Of a DNA stretch of 64,000 nucleotides, positions 1 through 8,364 are shown one piece after another. Within the stretch, counting starts at the first letter, position 1, and each line of letters opens with the position of its first letter. Below the pieces are notes generated by a model. That model was given only the letters and a program-made list of their open reading frames with translations, searched no databases and had not been told where the DNA came from. The DNA lies in contig JABCTZ010000012.1 in assembly GCA_018238155.1 (NCBI GenBank), positions 29,254 through 93,253 on the forward strand, in the 5' to 3' direction. Origin of the DNA: Candidatus Heimdallarchaeota archaeon. GTDB taxonomy: Archaea > Asgardarchaeota > Heimdallarchaeia > JABLTI01. The translations under genes and the position numbers were made by a program.

Positions 1-773
1 GCAGATTCAAGTGCAAGTCCCGCATGCATGATATCTCTAATCGCATACATTGAATCGTTTAGGGACGGAAAGACAATCATATCTACAAGTCTGTTTTTTT
101 GGACAGGAATAAGCTTGACCGTTGCTTCTGTAACAATGCCTAGCGTTCCTTCTGAACCCACTAGGAGCCAATTTAGCTGGTACCCTGAATTTGAACACAT
201 TGCTTTTCTTCGACCTGCTCGAACGATTTTTCCTTCTCCGGTTACTATTACTGCATTTGAAAGGTGATCAACCATTCTTCCATGTCTAATACCAAAAGTC
301 GAATCATTATTGCAAGCAATTGAAGCTCCTACTGTGACTGCTTTTTTGCTTTCAGGTTCATGAGGTAAATAGAGTCCATGTCTTTTCGCTTCTTGATTTA
401 GGTCCCACAGTGTTATTCCAGCTTGCACAGTTGCAGTCATATTTTCAACATCAATTTCAAGAACTTTATTCAATCCTTTTGTTTCAAAAGCAATGCCGCC
501 ATAAATTGGTACCGCTCCTCCACCCATTCCAGTAAGTCCCCCCATTGGTGTTACTGGGATTCGGTGTTTATTTGCTATGGAAACAATTTTTGCTACTTCT
601 TCTGTCGTTCTCGGGCGAACTACAACATCAGGTAAAGTAGTATTCTTGTCATCTCTTGGTGACCAATCTCGTGAATAAGCCATCCGATGTGTTTTTTCGT
701 CAAAGATTACGTCTTTTCCTACTGCATCCTTTAACTCTTGGACAATTTCAGGTGATATTTTGCCGAATTTCAT
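1..773 (-). CDS. FAD-binding oxidoreductase (GlcD/D-lactate dehydrogenase family), 3' end runs off the window
   Basis: Not in the ORF track. Manual translation from ATG at 773 gives MKFGKISPEIVQELKDAVG...PDVVVRPRTTEEVAKIV...PVTPMGGLTGMGGGAVP...TVQAG...GYQLNWLLVGSEGTLGIVTEATVKL, carrying the FAD_binding_4 motifs; the frame is open to the window edge. Confidence 0.9.
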   Translation of the reverse strand, partial: MKFGKISPEIVQELKDAVGKDVIFDEKTHRMAYSRDWSPRDDKNTTLPDVVVRPRTTEEVAKIVSIANKHRIPVTPMGGLTGMGGGAVPIYGGIAFETKGLNKVLEIDVENMTATVQAGITLWDLNQEAKRHGLYLPHEPESKKAVTVGASIACNNDSTFGIRHGRMVDHLSNAVIVTGEGKIVRAGRRKAMCSNSGYQLNWLLVGSEGTLGIVTEATVKLIPVQKNRLVDMIVFPSLNDSMYAIRDIMHAGLALES

Positions 774-908
774 TGTTCATAACCAAAATATTTGCTATTA
801 TTTCTACTCAAAGCTTTAATTCAATTTTAAGATTTTGCATTTAGATTTTATTAAATGGTATTTGCTCTCCTCACAGCAAATTAGAGAACTGCTATTTTTG
901 AAACGGTT

Positions 909-2000
909 TTAAAGCTTCTCGAGATACTTGGAAGCTTCTACAAAAAGATCTTCCTCATTACCTAGTGCTTCGCAAAGCGCAGAGACTATTTCCCAGGTAA
1001 TATCCCAATCATTGATTTGATATCGTATTGCTTCTTTGAATACTTTTAGTGATTCTTGCAAGAGGTTTTTCTCATTTTTTTCCTTTCCTAGACCATAGAG
1101 GTTACAAGCTAAAGTATCTTGAAATGCGGCGAACTGAGGGTCTCTACTTACAGCTTGTCGTGAAAACTCTGTTCCTTCTGAGTAAAGCTTTGCCATAAAA
1201 AAGCTCCAAGCAATTCTATTGTATTCGTGAGCCGCATCAAAAGCTTCAGCAAATTTAGTAATTTCTTTTTGGAGTTCTTTGTTTGATAAAACCTCTTGAG
1301 CGAGTTCATTATCTTTTCCTGCTAAAAGGAAGAGTATTGTTGCTATTGGTAAATCATCATTATTTTCTTGATATCCTTTTATTAGTTTCATAATTGCTTG
1401 AATAACTTTTTTGCCTTTTTTCAGCTCTGTATAGGCATAGAAAAGTTTCTCCCAAACTTTTGGATAATTAGGATATAATTTGACAACTTTTTCATAGCAC
1501 TTTGCTGATTCTTGATAATTATTTAGCATATGATAATAATGAGTCCCTAAATTTTCCCAAAAATAAGGATCTTTAGGTTCAAGTTCTGTTGCTCGAGTGA
1601 AATATACCACGGCTTTTTGTTGGTTCCCTAATCTACTAATTGTAAATCCTAAATTATTCCATGCAAGAGTGTAGTTTTTGTCAATTGAAAGAGTTTTTTC
1701 GAAGCATTCTTGAGCATTCTCATATTCCTCTAGTTCAATATATGACATCCCCATATCAAACCAAACAAGTTTGTCTTCTTTCAATTGGAGAGCTTTTTTG
1801 TATGAAGTTATTGCTTCTTTATCTTTGTAAAGGTTATAATACACTTCACCTTGCTTGTGCCACGCTTCAAAAGAGTCAGGTTTTAATTTGATGACCTTCT
1901 GATATCCTAGAAGTGCCTCTTCGTATTTCTCCTCTTCAAAAAGAATTTCACTATACTTCATTAATTCCGTGAGATTAGAAATCTCCTCTAACTTTTTCAT
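909..2000 (-). CDS. Tetratricopeptide-repeat protein
   Basis: Multiple 34-aa repeats with TPR consensus (AW..G..Y, A...Y.KAL.L.P), e.g. AWHKQGEVYYNL, AWNNLGFTISRLG, FWENLG. Confidence 0.9.
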   Translation of the reverse strand: MKKLEEISNLTELMKYSEILFEEEKYEEALLGYQKVIKLKPDSFEAWHKQGEVYYNLYKDKEAITSYKKALQLKEDKLVWFDMGMSYIELEEYENAQECFEKTLSIDKNYTLAWNNLGFTISRLGNQQKAVVYFTRATELEPKDPYFWENLGTHYYHMLNNYQESAKCYEKVVKLYPNYPKVWEKLFYAYTELKKGKKVIQAIMKLIKGYQENNDDLPIATILFLLAGKDNELAQEVLSNKELQKEITKFAEAFDAAHEYNRIAWSFFMAKLYSEGTEFSRQAVSRDPQFAAFQDTLACNLYGLGKEKNEKNLLQESLKVFKEAIRYQINDWDITWEIVSALCEALGNEEDLFVEASKYLEKL

Positions 2001-2053
2001 AGCAATGGTTTCTTTGATTTACAATTATTAAATGTTTTTTACTAAAACCATGT

Positions 2054-2404
2054 CTAAATTTGAGAAACAATAACTAATATAAGAAATCCTAGCAAAATTA
2101 AACAAAAAATAATAATAGGTAAATTTCCCCATTTATAATCCATTTTAAGGGAACCCATAAGTTTGTAGTGCTCAATTAAATAACAATATTCCTTTTCTTC
2201 TTTTTGAAAAACAATAATTTCCTCTTCTAAAACTGATTCATCGAATGCTATATCTTCCTCTTCTGTTAGCTCTAATTTTTCAACTGAAACAGCACATTTC
2301 TCAGTAAATGCACCCAAATTGTATAACTTTTCAAAAAGGCTATCCTTTGCAAAATCTGATGATTTTAATTTATAGTCTGTTGTTATTTCCTTTTCGTGAA
2401 CCAT
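2054..2404 (-). CDS. Hypothetical acidic protein with a single C-terminal TM helix
   Basis: 116-aa ORF ending LPIIIFCLILLGFLILVIVSQI. Confidence 0.65.
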   Translation of the reverse strand: MVHEKEITTDYKLKSSDFAKDSLFEKLYNLGAFTEKCAVSVEKLELTEEEDIAFDESVLEEEIIVFQKEEKEYCYLIEHYKLMGSLKMDYKWGNLPIIIFCLILLGFLILVIVSQI

Positions 2405-2592
2405 ATTATCTCTCTCAATTGAAGAGCTACTAGAAAAATAAATACCTTTTGATAAAGAATGAAAATCTAATAATAATATATGAAAAGCTTTGCTTTTAGC
2501 GCAAAAATCTTTCTATCATTGTTAGTGAAATACTTAAAATAGTATCTCATCAAGTTTAATCGAAATAAAATCTACGTGGAGTATTGTTCTTT

Positions 2593-4092
2593 ATGAAACC
2601 ATACAAGAAACTAATGACTCGATATAAAGAGAATACAATTTTAGGAAACATTAATGGAATCCTTAGCTGGGATTTCGAAGTAATAATGCCAAAGAAAGGG
2701 ACACAACAAAGAGCAGAACAATTAGCAATGTTAAGCGGTATGCTTCACAAAAGATCCACTGCTCCAGAAATTGGTAATTTAATAGATAAAATACAATCTC
2801 ATGCAAAATATGGTGACTTGTCCACAATCGAAAAGAGAAACGTTACATTAATGAAAAGAGATTATGATAAATTTGTTAAAATTCCAGTCGAATTTGCTCA
2901 GGAACTCACTAAGCATGGTGCTATTGCCACAGAGAGCTGGAAAAAAGCAAAGACGAAAGCTGACTATTCTATTTTTAAGAAAGACTTGGCAAAAATGATT
3001 GATTTAAAGAAGAAACAAGCACACTATTTTGATTCTGAAAAAGATCCTTATGATGTTCTTCTTGATTATAACGAGTTTGGTTTTTCCACGAAAATATATG
3101 ATAAGATTTTTGATGAAGCAAAAGCAGGGTTAGTGCCCATTATTAAGGCAATAGCGGGTTCACCAAACCAACCAGATGATACACTCATTCTAAGACATTG
3201 CCCTGTTGATATTCAACGCAAAGTGATATTCGATATCGCTAAATTTGTACAGTATGATCTCGAGGGAGGACGAATAGATGAAGCAGTTCATCCATTTACA
3301 AGTGGCTTTTTTGATGATGTTCGCATTACAGTAAAATATTATCCTGAAGATTTCACTCCTGCATTTTATTCTTCTTTACATGAAGCAGGTCATGGGTTAT
3401 ATGAACAAAATTTTCCACAAGAGTTCAAGTACCAACCTGTTGGTCAAGCTTCCTCTAGTGCAATGCATGAAGGTCAAGCACGTTTTATCGAAAATATAAT
3501 AGGTCGAAGTGATGAATTCTGGGAATTTTACTTGCCACGTTTCAAAGAATTGACTGGGAAAACATTTGCTGATGTAGAGTTAAAACCATTCATCCATGCA
3601 ATTAACAAAGTTTCGTCAACAAAGATACGAATTCATGCTGATCCAGTAACATATTCTTTGCATATCATTCTTCGTTACGAAATTGAGAAAGATATTTTTG
3701 CTGATAAAATAACTGTTGATGAAATTCCATCTGTTTGGAATAATAAAATGAAGGACTATCTTGGAATTGATATTGAAAATGATGCTGAAGGATGTCTACA
3801 AGATACTCATTGGGCTTGGCAATATTTTGGGTATTTCCCAACTTATGCTCTTGGAAGTTATTACAATGCACAATTCCTCTCAAAAATGACTCAAGATATC
3901 CCAAATTGGCGAGATGAAATACGCACAGGTAAAATAGCTACTATACATAATTGGTTGAATACTAACATCCGCAAAAAAGGAGGTCTTCAAGATCCATTGG
4001 ATATGGTTAAGGATATCACTGGAAAAGAATTCTCCGCAAAGTACTTTATTGAAAATACTAAAGATAAATACTCTAAATTATATGGCTTGTAA
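2593..4092 (+). CDS. Carboxypeptidase, peptidase family M32 (Taq/Pfu type), copy 1
   Basis: HPF, DVRIT, HEAGH (HExxH), MHEGQ, IRIHAD, GCLQDTHW and GYFPTY motifs; ATG 2593 follows a GGAG. Confidence 0.95.
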   Translation: MKPYKKLMTRYKENTILGNINGILSWDFEVIMPKKGTQQRAEQLAMLSGMLHKRSTAPEIGNLIDKIQSHAKYGDLSTIEKRNVTLMKRDYDKFVKIPVEFAQELTKHGAIATESWKKAKTKADYSIFKKDLAKMIDLKKKQAHYFDSEKDPYDVLLDYNEFGFSTKIYDKIFDEAKAGLVPIIKAIAGSPNQPDDTLILRHCPVDIQRKVIFDIAKFVQYDLEGGRIDEAVHPFTSGFFDDVRITVKYYPEDFTPAFYSSLHEAGHGLYEQNFPQEFKYQPVGQASSSAMHEGQARFIENIIGRSDEFWEFYLPRFKELTGKTFADVELKPFIHAINKVSSTKIRIHADPVTYSLHIILRYEIEKDIFADKITVDEIPSVWNNKMKDYLGIDIENDAEGCLQDTHWAWQYFGYFPTYALGSYYNAQFLSKMTQDIPNWRDEIRTGKIATIHNWLNTNIRKKGGLQDPLDMVKDITGKEFSAKYFIENTKDKYSKLYGL

Positions 4093-4120
4093 CTGAGCCA
4101 TTTATCTTTTCTTTTTTTAA
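4082..4120 (+). terminator. Hairpin plus U-tract 3' end between the two carboxypeptidase genes
   Basis: ATGGCT(4082-4087)/AGCCAT(4096-4101) stem followed by TTATCTTTTCTTTTTTT. Confidence 0.5.
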
Positions 4121-4189
4121 CAAAAAAACCAATTCGATATAATCCTTTTAAATAACAAAGGCAATTATTTTTTTTGTAGATGATTGTTG

Positions 4190-5710
4190 ATGGTGAAAAT
4201 AACTCAAGAAATTGACTTGTACGAAAAATTGCTTGCAAAAATTAAAGAAATTACTATCTTAAATAATGCTCTAGGAACGATTTATTGGGATATGGAGACT
4301 TTTATGCCAAAAGGAGGCATTGAACAAAGGTCAGAAGAAATAGCCATTATGAGTGGTTTAATTCATGAAAGAGTTGTCGAACCTGAAATTGGTTCTCTTT
4401 TAGAGAAAATCAAACAACATAATAATTACGAAAAGCTTTCTGATGCTGAGAAAAGAAATATCTATCTCATTCAAAGATCATATGACCAACAAACTAAGAT
4501 TCCTAAAGATTTAGTGATGGCTTATGCAAAGCAAGCTGCTATTGGAGTTGAAATCTGGAAAAAAGCAAAAGCTGAATCTAATTATAAATTATTTCAACCC
4601 GAGTTAGAGAAAATCCTTGAATTAACTAAAAAACAAGCTCACTATCTCAATCCAGATAAGGATCCATATGATGTTTTATTGGATCAAAATGAACCCGGTT
4701 TTAACAGGGAGATAATTGACAAGCTCTTTTCTGAATTACGAGATGGTTTGAAACTTCTTATTAAAGACACTGTTGAAGCACCAAATCAACCTGATTATTC
4801 TATTATTGAACGAAAATGCCCTGTTGAAATACAGAAGAAAATGTCTGAAGATATGGCTAAATTAATCAAATTTGATTTTAAGAGGGGGCGAATTGATGAG
4901 GCTGTTCATCCTTTCACCTCAGGTTACTATGACGATGTCAGAGTAACTACAAGATATATTGAAAATGATTTTTCCTCAAATCTCTTCGCGGTTTTGCATG
5001 AATGCGGTCATGCTCTCTATGAACAGAATATGCCTAAGAAATTCAAATACCAACCTGTGGGTTACTATTGTTCAATGGGTTTTCATGAAGCACAAGCAAG
5101 ATTTTTTGAGAATATTGTAGGACGAAGTAGAGAATTTTGGGAACAATACTATCCTAGATTCAAAGAACTAACTGGAGAAATATTTGCTGATATAGAATTT
5201 GATGTTTTCCTTCGTGCTTTGAATAAAGTGAATCCATCTAAGATACGTGTAGAAGCTGATCCAGTAACATATTCATTACACATTATTTTGCGCTATGAAA
5301 TTGAAAAAGAACTTTTTGCTGGTAAAATTTCTTTAGATGATTTACCAAAGGTCTGGAATCAAAAAATGAAAGATTATCTAGGTATTGACATAGAGGATGA
5401 TGCTGAGGGAGTACTACAAGATACACATTGGGCTGGTGGAGGCTTTGGATACTTCCCTGACTATGCTCTTGGCAACATTTACGATGGACAGCTTCTTTGG
5501 ACGATGGAACAAGATATCCCTAACTGGCGTGATCAAGTTAAAAAAGGTGATAACTCAAAAATTGTTAACTGGATGGTTAAAAATGTTCACCAAAAAGGAA
5601 ATCTTCTAGATGCACTCGATTTAATCAAAGAAATAACTGGTGAAGAGCTTTCCACAAAATACTATCTAGATTATTTACGAAAAGAATATAAGAAATTATA
5701 TTCTTTGTAA
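4190..5710 (+). CDS. Carboxypeptidase, peptidase family M32, copy 2
   Basis: HPF, DVRVT, HECGH, FHEAQ, IRVEAD, GVLQDTHW and GYFPDY motifs; colinear with copy 1. Confidence 0.95.
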   Translation: MVKITQEIDLYEKLLAKIKEITILNNALGTIYWDMETFMPKGGIEQRSEEIAIMSGLIHERVVEPEIGSLLEKIKQHNNYEKLSDAEKRNIYLIQRSYDQQTKIPKDLVMAYAKQAAIGVEIWKKAKAESNYKLFQPELEKILELTKKQAHYLNPDKDPYDVLLDQNEPGFNREIIDKLFSELRDGLKLLIKDTVEAPNQPDYSIIERKCPVEIQKKMSEDMAKLIKFDFKRGRIDEAVHPFTSGYYDDVRVTTRYIENDFSSNLFAVLHECGHALYEQNMPKKFKYQPVGYYCSMGFHEAQARFFENIVGRSREFWEQYYPRFKELTGEIFADIEFDVFLRALNKVNPSKIRVEADPVTYSLHIILRYEIEKELFAGKISLDDLPKVWNQKMKDYLGIDIEDDAEGVLQDTHWAGGGFGYFPDYALGNIYDGQLLWTMEQDIPNWRDQVKKGDNSKIVNWMVKNVHQKGNLLDALDLIKEITGEELSTKYYLDYLRKEYKKLYSL

Positions 5711-5769
5711 GAAAATTCTCTTCAGAGATTTTCTTTTTTTTTGTATAATTTGAGGATTGATGATAACAC

Positions 5770-6366
5770 ATGCTATTCAAAGATATTGTTGACAAATTTG
5801 ATTGGGCTTCTATTGAGAACAGATTTTTTGAAATCTATCCTGATATGAACCATAATGGGGAAACATTCGATAATGTTCTCAAAACATTGAAAGCACTGTC
5901 ATTAGAAACTACCGAGGAGAGCATCACTTTACTAATAGTACACATAACCGAGGACTATACCAAGAAATCCGTAGATTATCATGAAGTTACTGGTTTTAAT
6001 ATTAAGGACAAACAACATTTTGGAATAGCCTTTATGTCTTGGGAAAAATGGTTAACTATGGAGATTCATCAAAATACACTTGAGAACTATGATCATGAAG
6101 GTATTCTAATTCATAGTTTGTGGGAAATGACTTATTATGGTTTTACTCAAACTGATATTCTAAAGGAAAGAGAGGGAAGCGAAAATGAAGATGAGTTCAA
6201 AACTATTACTCTGAGCAACGGTTTAGAAATAAATATTCCTTTAGCAATGTTTGAAGGAGAAGATGAAGCAACAAATGCTTTTATTGCTAAACTCGAACAA
6301 TTTTCTGGTACGAAAGAAGAATTATTGAAGAAAATAAAAGAAGGTCAAGATTTCTTGATTGAGTAG
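5770..6366 (+). CDS. Hypothetical protein (DUF6557-like)
   Basis: F..WEKWL.M.I...TL......I..H.LWEMTYYGF pattern, recalled as DUF6557. Confidence 0.6.
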   Translation: MLFKDIVDKFDWASIENRFFEIYPDMNHNGETFDNVLKTLKALSLETTEESITLLIVHITEDYTKKSVDYHEVTGFNIKDKQHFGIAFMSWEKWLTMEIHQNTLENYDHEGILIHSLWEMTYYGFTQTDILKEREGSENEDEFKTITLSNGLEINIPLAMFEGEDEATNAFIAKLEQFSGTKEELLKKIKEGQDFLIE

Positions 6367-6489
6367 TTAGTTCTCTTCGTCAATTTCCAATGAATTTCGT
6401 TCTTTTTTTGTCTTTTTATTCAGTATATTTCGAAATATATAATATAAGCTGATTCTAATACTCACTAAAACCAAATGGAATTGTGATTC

Positions 6490-7263
6490 ATGAAAACTCC
6501 TTCCGGAATTGATGATATACCCATTACGAATTCTGAGGACTTAGCAGTCAGTCGGTCTCAAGAGTTATGTGATTTGATATTTCATTTTGCTCCTAAGCAG
6601 AAAATTGATGAATTTTACAAATGGTTGAAGGAATTTTTACAATACAATACCAATTTTCCACAAAACAAAGAAATACATAATCTCTTAGCAAAATCTCTGA
6701 AAGAAGCAATTCGATTGTTTGGAGAACGGAAAGCTTTTGCAGATATGTTGTATGTTCTTGATGAATTATACTCCATTTACACAATAGGTTTCGAATCTGA
6801 AACTCTGAGTGAAATGTTGGCAGAAGCATATGCGGTAGCAATTTTCTATTTAAGAGGGTCCTGGGACATCGAAGGCACTTCAACGCTTCTAAAACGACTT
6901 CGAGTTTTACTTAAAAAACATCCCAAGAATAATAAGATCGCTGTTCAATATGCGAAAAGTTATTCAGATGCAATAAATCGTTTTTGTTCTGATAGACATA
7001 ATTTTACTTGTGATAAGCTCTTATTTGAGCTACGAATGTTTGCAAATAAAACCAAAGATAATGAATCAATTCAATATGAGTTTGCCCAAGCACTGACAAG
7101 TGTTATTGGAACATTTGCACGAGAAGAACGCTTTGAAGAGCTTGAAAAAGTTTTGAACGAATTACGTCAAATTGCTAGTCGTTTCCCCAAAAGTGAAAAA
7201 ATTCAATTACTCTTAACAAGAGGAACTATTCTCTCATCTCTTGCTGATACCAGTACAGAATAA
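6490..7263 (+). CDS. Alpha-helical repeat protein
   Basis: About five ~40-aa repeats of the form L..L..L....P.N..I...LA..L..AI..F. Confidence 0.7.
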   Translation: MKTPSGIDDIPITNSEDLAVSRSQELCDLIFHFAPKQKIDEFYKWLKEFLQYNTNFPQNKEIHNLLAKSLKEAIRLFGERKAFADMLYVLDELYSIYTIGFESETLSEMLAEAYAVAIFYLRGSWDIEGTSTLLKRLRVLLKKHPKNNKIAVQYAKSYSDAINRFCSDRHNFTCDKLLFELRMFANKTKDNESIQYEFAQALTSVIGTFAREERFEELEKVLNELRQIASRFPKSEKIQLLLTRGTILSSLADTSTE

Positions 7264-7475
7264 TTCTTTTATTAAAAGAGAAAAGAAAAAACGAAAAACT
7301 CGTTTAGTTTCTAACCAAGGAGGTTTGTTTTCATTGGAATACTTTCGTTTGACTCTTGTAATTTTCTTTAAAAAACATAATCCTTTTTTGTGCATAATAG
7401 TCTTAATTTCAACTAGCGTTTTATTGCTAATTATATAAAGGAGAAATAAATAGATACATTTAGGGATGAAATCAT

Positions 7476-8348
7476 ATGCTAGAAAAACAAAAAGAAATTC
7501 TAATTGCTGTGAAGGAAAACATAGAAAAAATTGAATCTGAAAGATATAATTCCAAAGATCCAGTTGTAACTATTGATAAAAGTGATTCTCATCAAAATGT
7601 TATTGTGAAATTATTGACAGCAGAACGAACAGGAGCGCCTTTGATCCTGGAAAAGGAAACTCTTTATCCCGCAGAAGATTTAGCTAAGAGGAATTTCTCT
7701 AAAGGAGTAACAACATTAAATTCTTGGCGATTTAGAAAAAGTTCAACCCATTTTACAGACGCTGCAAACCTTGCTCGCGATTTAGTTTTACAGCAAAGAA
7801 TTAATCTCTATAAACAGTTACATTCATTATTACAATCTACCGTTTTGACCGCACCTGATAAAATCATAAAAAGCAAAGGAAAATTATTCGCGGAAGTTCT
7901 TAATTCTTTGAAAAAATATGATAAATTGTCTGAAGAAGAACAATATTATTATCAACGAATTATTGATTCTCTGTATGGTATTGCGAGTTTATTGGTTGCA
8001 GGAGATAAAAAGACAAAAACCCAGCAGCTGTTTGTAAGATGTACTATTTCTTTAAGCAATCGTGAATACCTCGCAGCAAATATTTGGCTCTTTAAAATCT
8101 ACTTGCTGAATAGAGATGCTTTCGATTCTTTGGCAGCTAGTGATAAAATATTACAAAAAGCACTCAAATCTCTCCAATTATATGTTGAAGTAGAAGCGGG
8201 TCTAAAAGAGTTCGCTGAAGGTTTACCTATAATGGCAAGTGCCTATGATTTACAAACTATTTTTGCTGATTATCTCAAAACAGTTTTTGATATTGAATTT
8301 ATTGTTGAAACAAAGAGGGATTTTGGCTTTCCAGAATATCGGGTGTAA
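7476..8348 (+). CDS. Hypothetical protein; probable degenerate CARF/HEPN (TIGR02710/Csm6-like) homolog lacking catalytic motifs
   Basis: The 290-aa ORF is solid. Remote homology is inferred from spaced motifs VVTIDKSDSHQNVIVKLLTAERTG, LYPAEDLAKRNFSKGVTTLNSWRF, LFVRCTISLSNREYLAANIWLFKI and C-terminal FGFPEY. Confidence 0.55.
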   Translation: MLEKQKEILIAVKENIEKIESERYNSKDPVVTIDKSDSHQNVIVKLLTAERTGAPLILEKETLYPAEDLAKRNFSKGVTTLNSWRFRKSSTHFTDAANLARDLVLQQRINLYKQLHSLLQSTVLTAPDKIIKSKGKLFAEVLNSLKKYDKLSEEEQYYYQRIIDSLYGIASLLVAGDKKTKTQQLFVRCTISLSNREYLAANIWLFKIYLLNRDAFDSLAASDKILQKALKSLQLYVEVEAGLKEFAEGLPIMASAYDLQTIFADYLKTVFDIEFIVETKRDFGFPEYRV

Positions 8349-8364
8349 TATTGGAGTTGATAGT

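Noticed and set aside
28-844. Three short plus-strand ORFs at the window start
   Set aside because: They lie antisense to the FAD oxidoreductase, which the track missed because it runs off the edge.
8239-8364. 42-aa N-terminal extension of the helicase in the ORF track
   Set aside because: Overlaps the upstream gene; ATG 8365 has an SD-like GGAG and gives a 16-nt gap.
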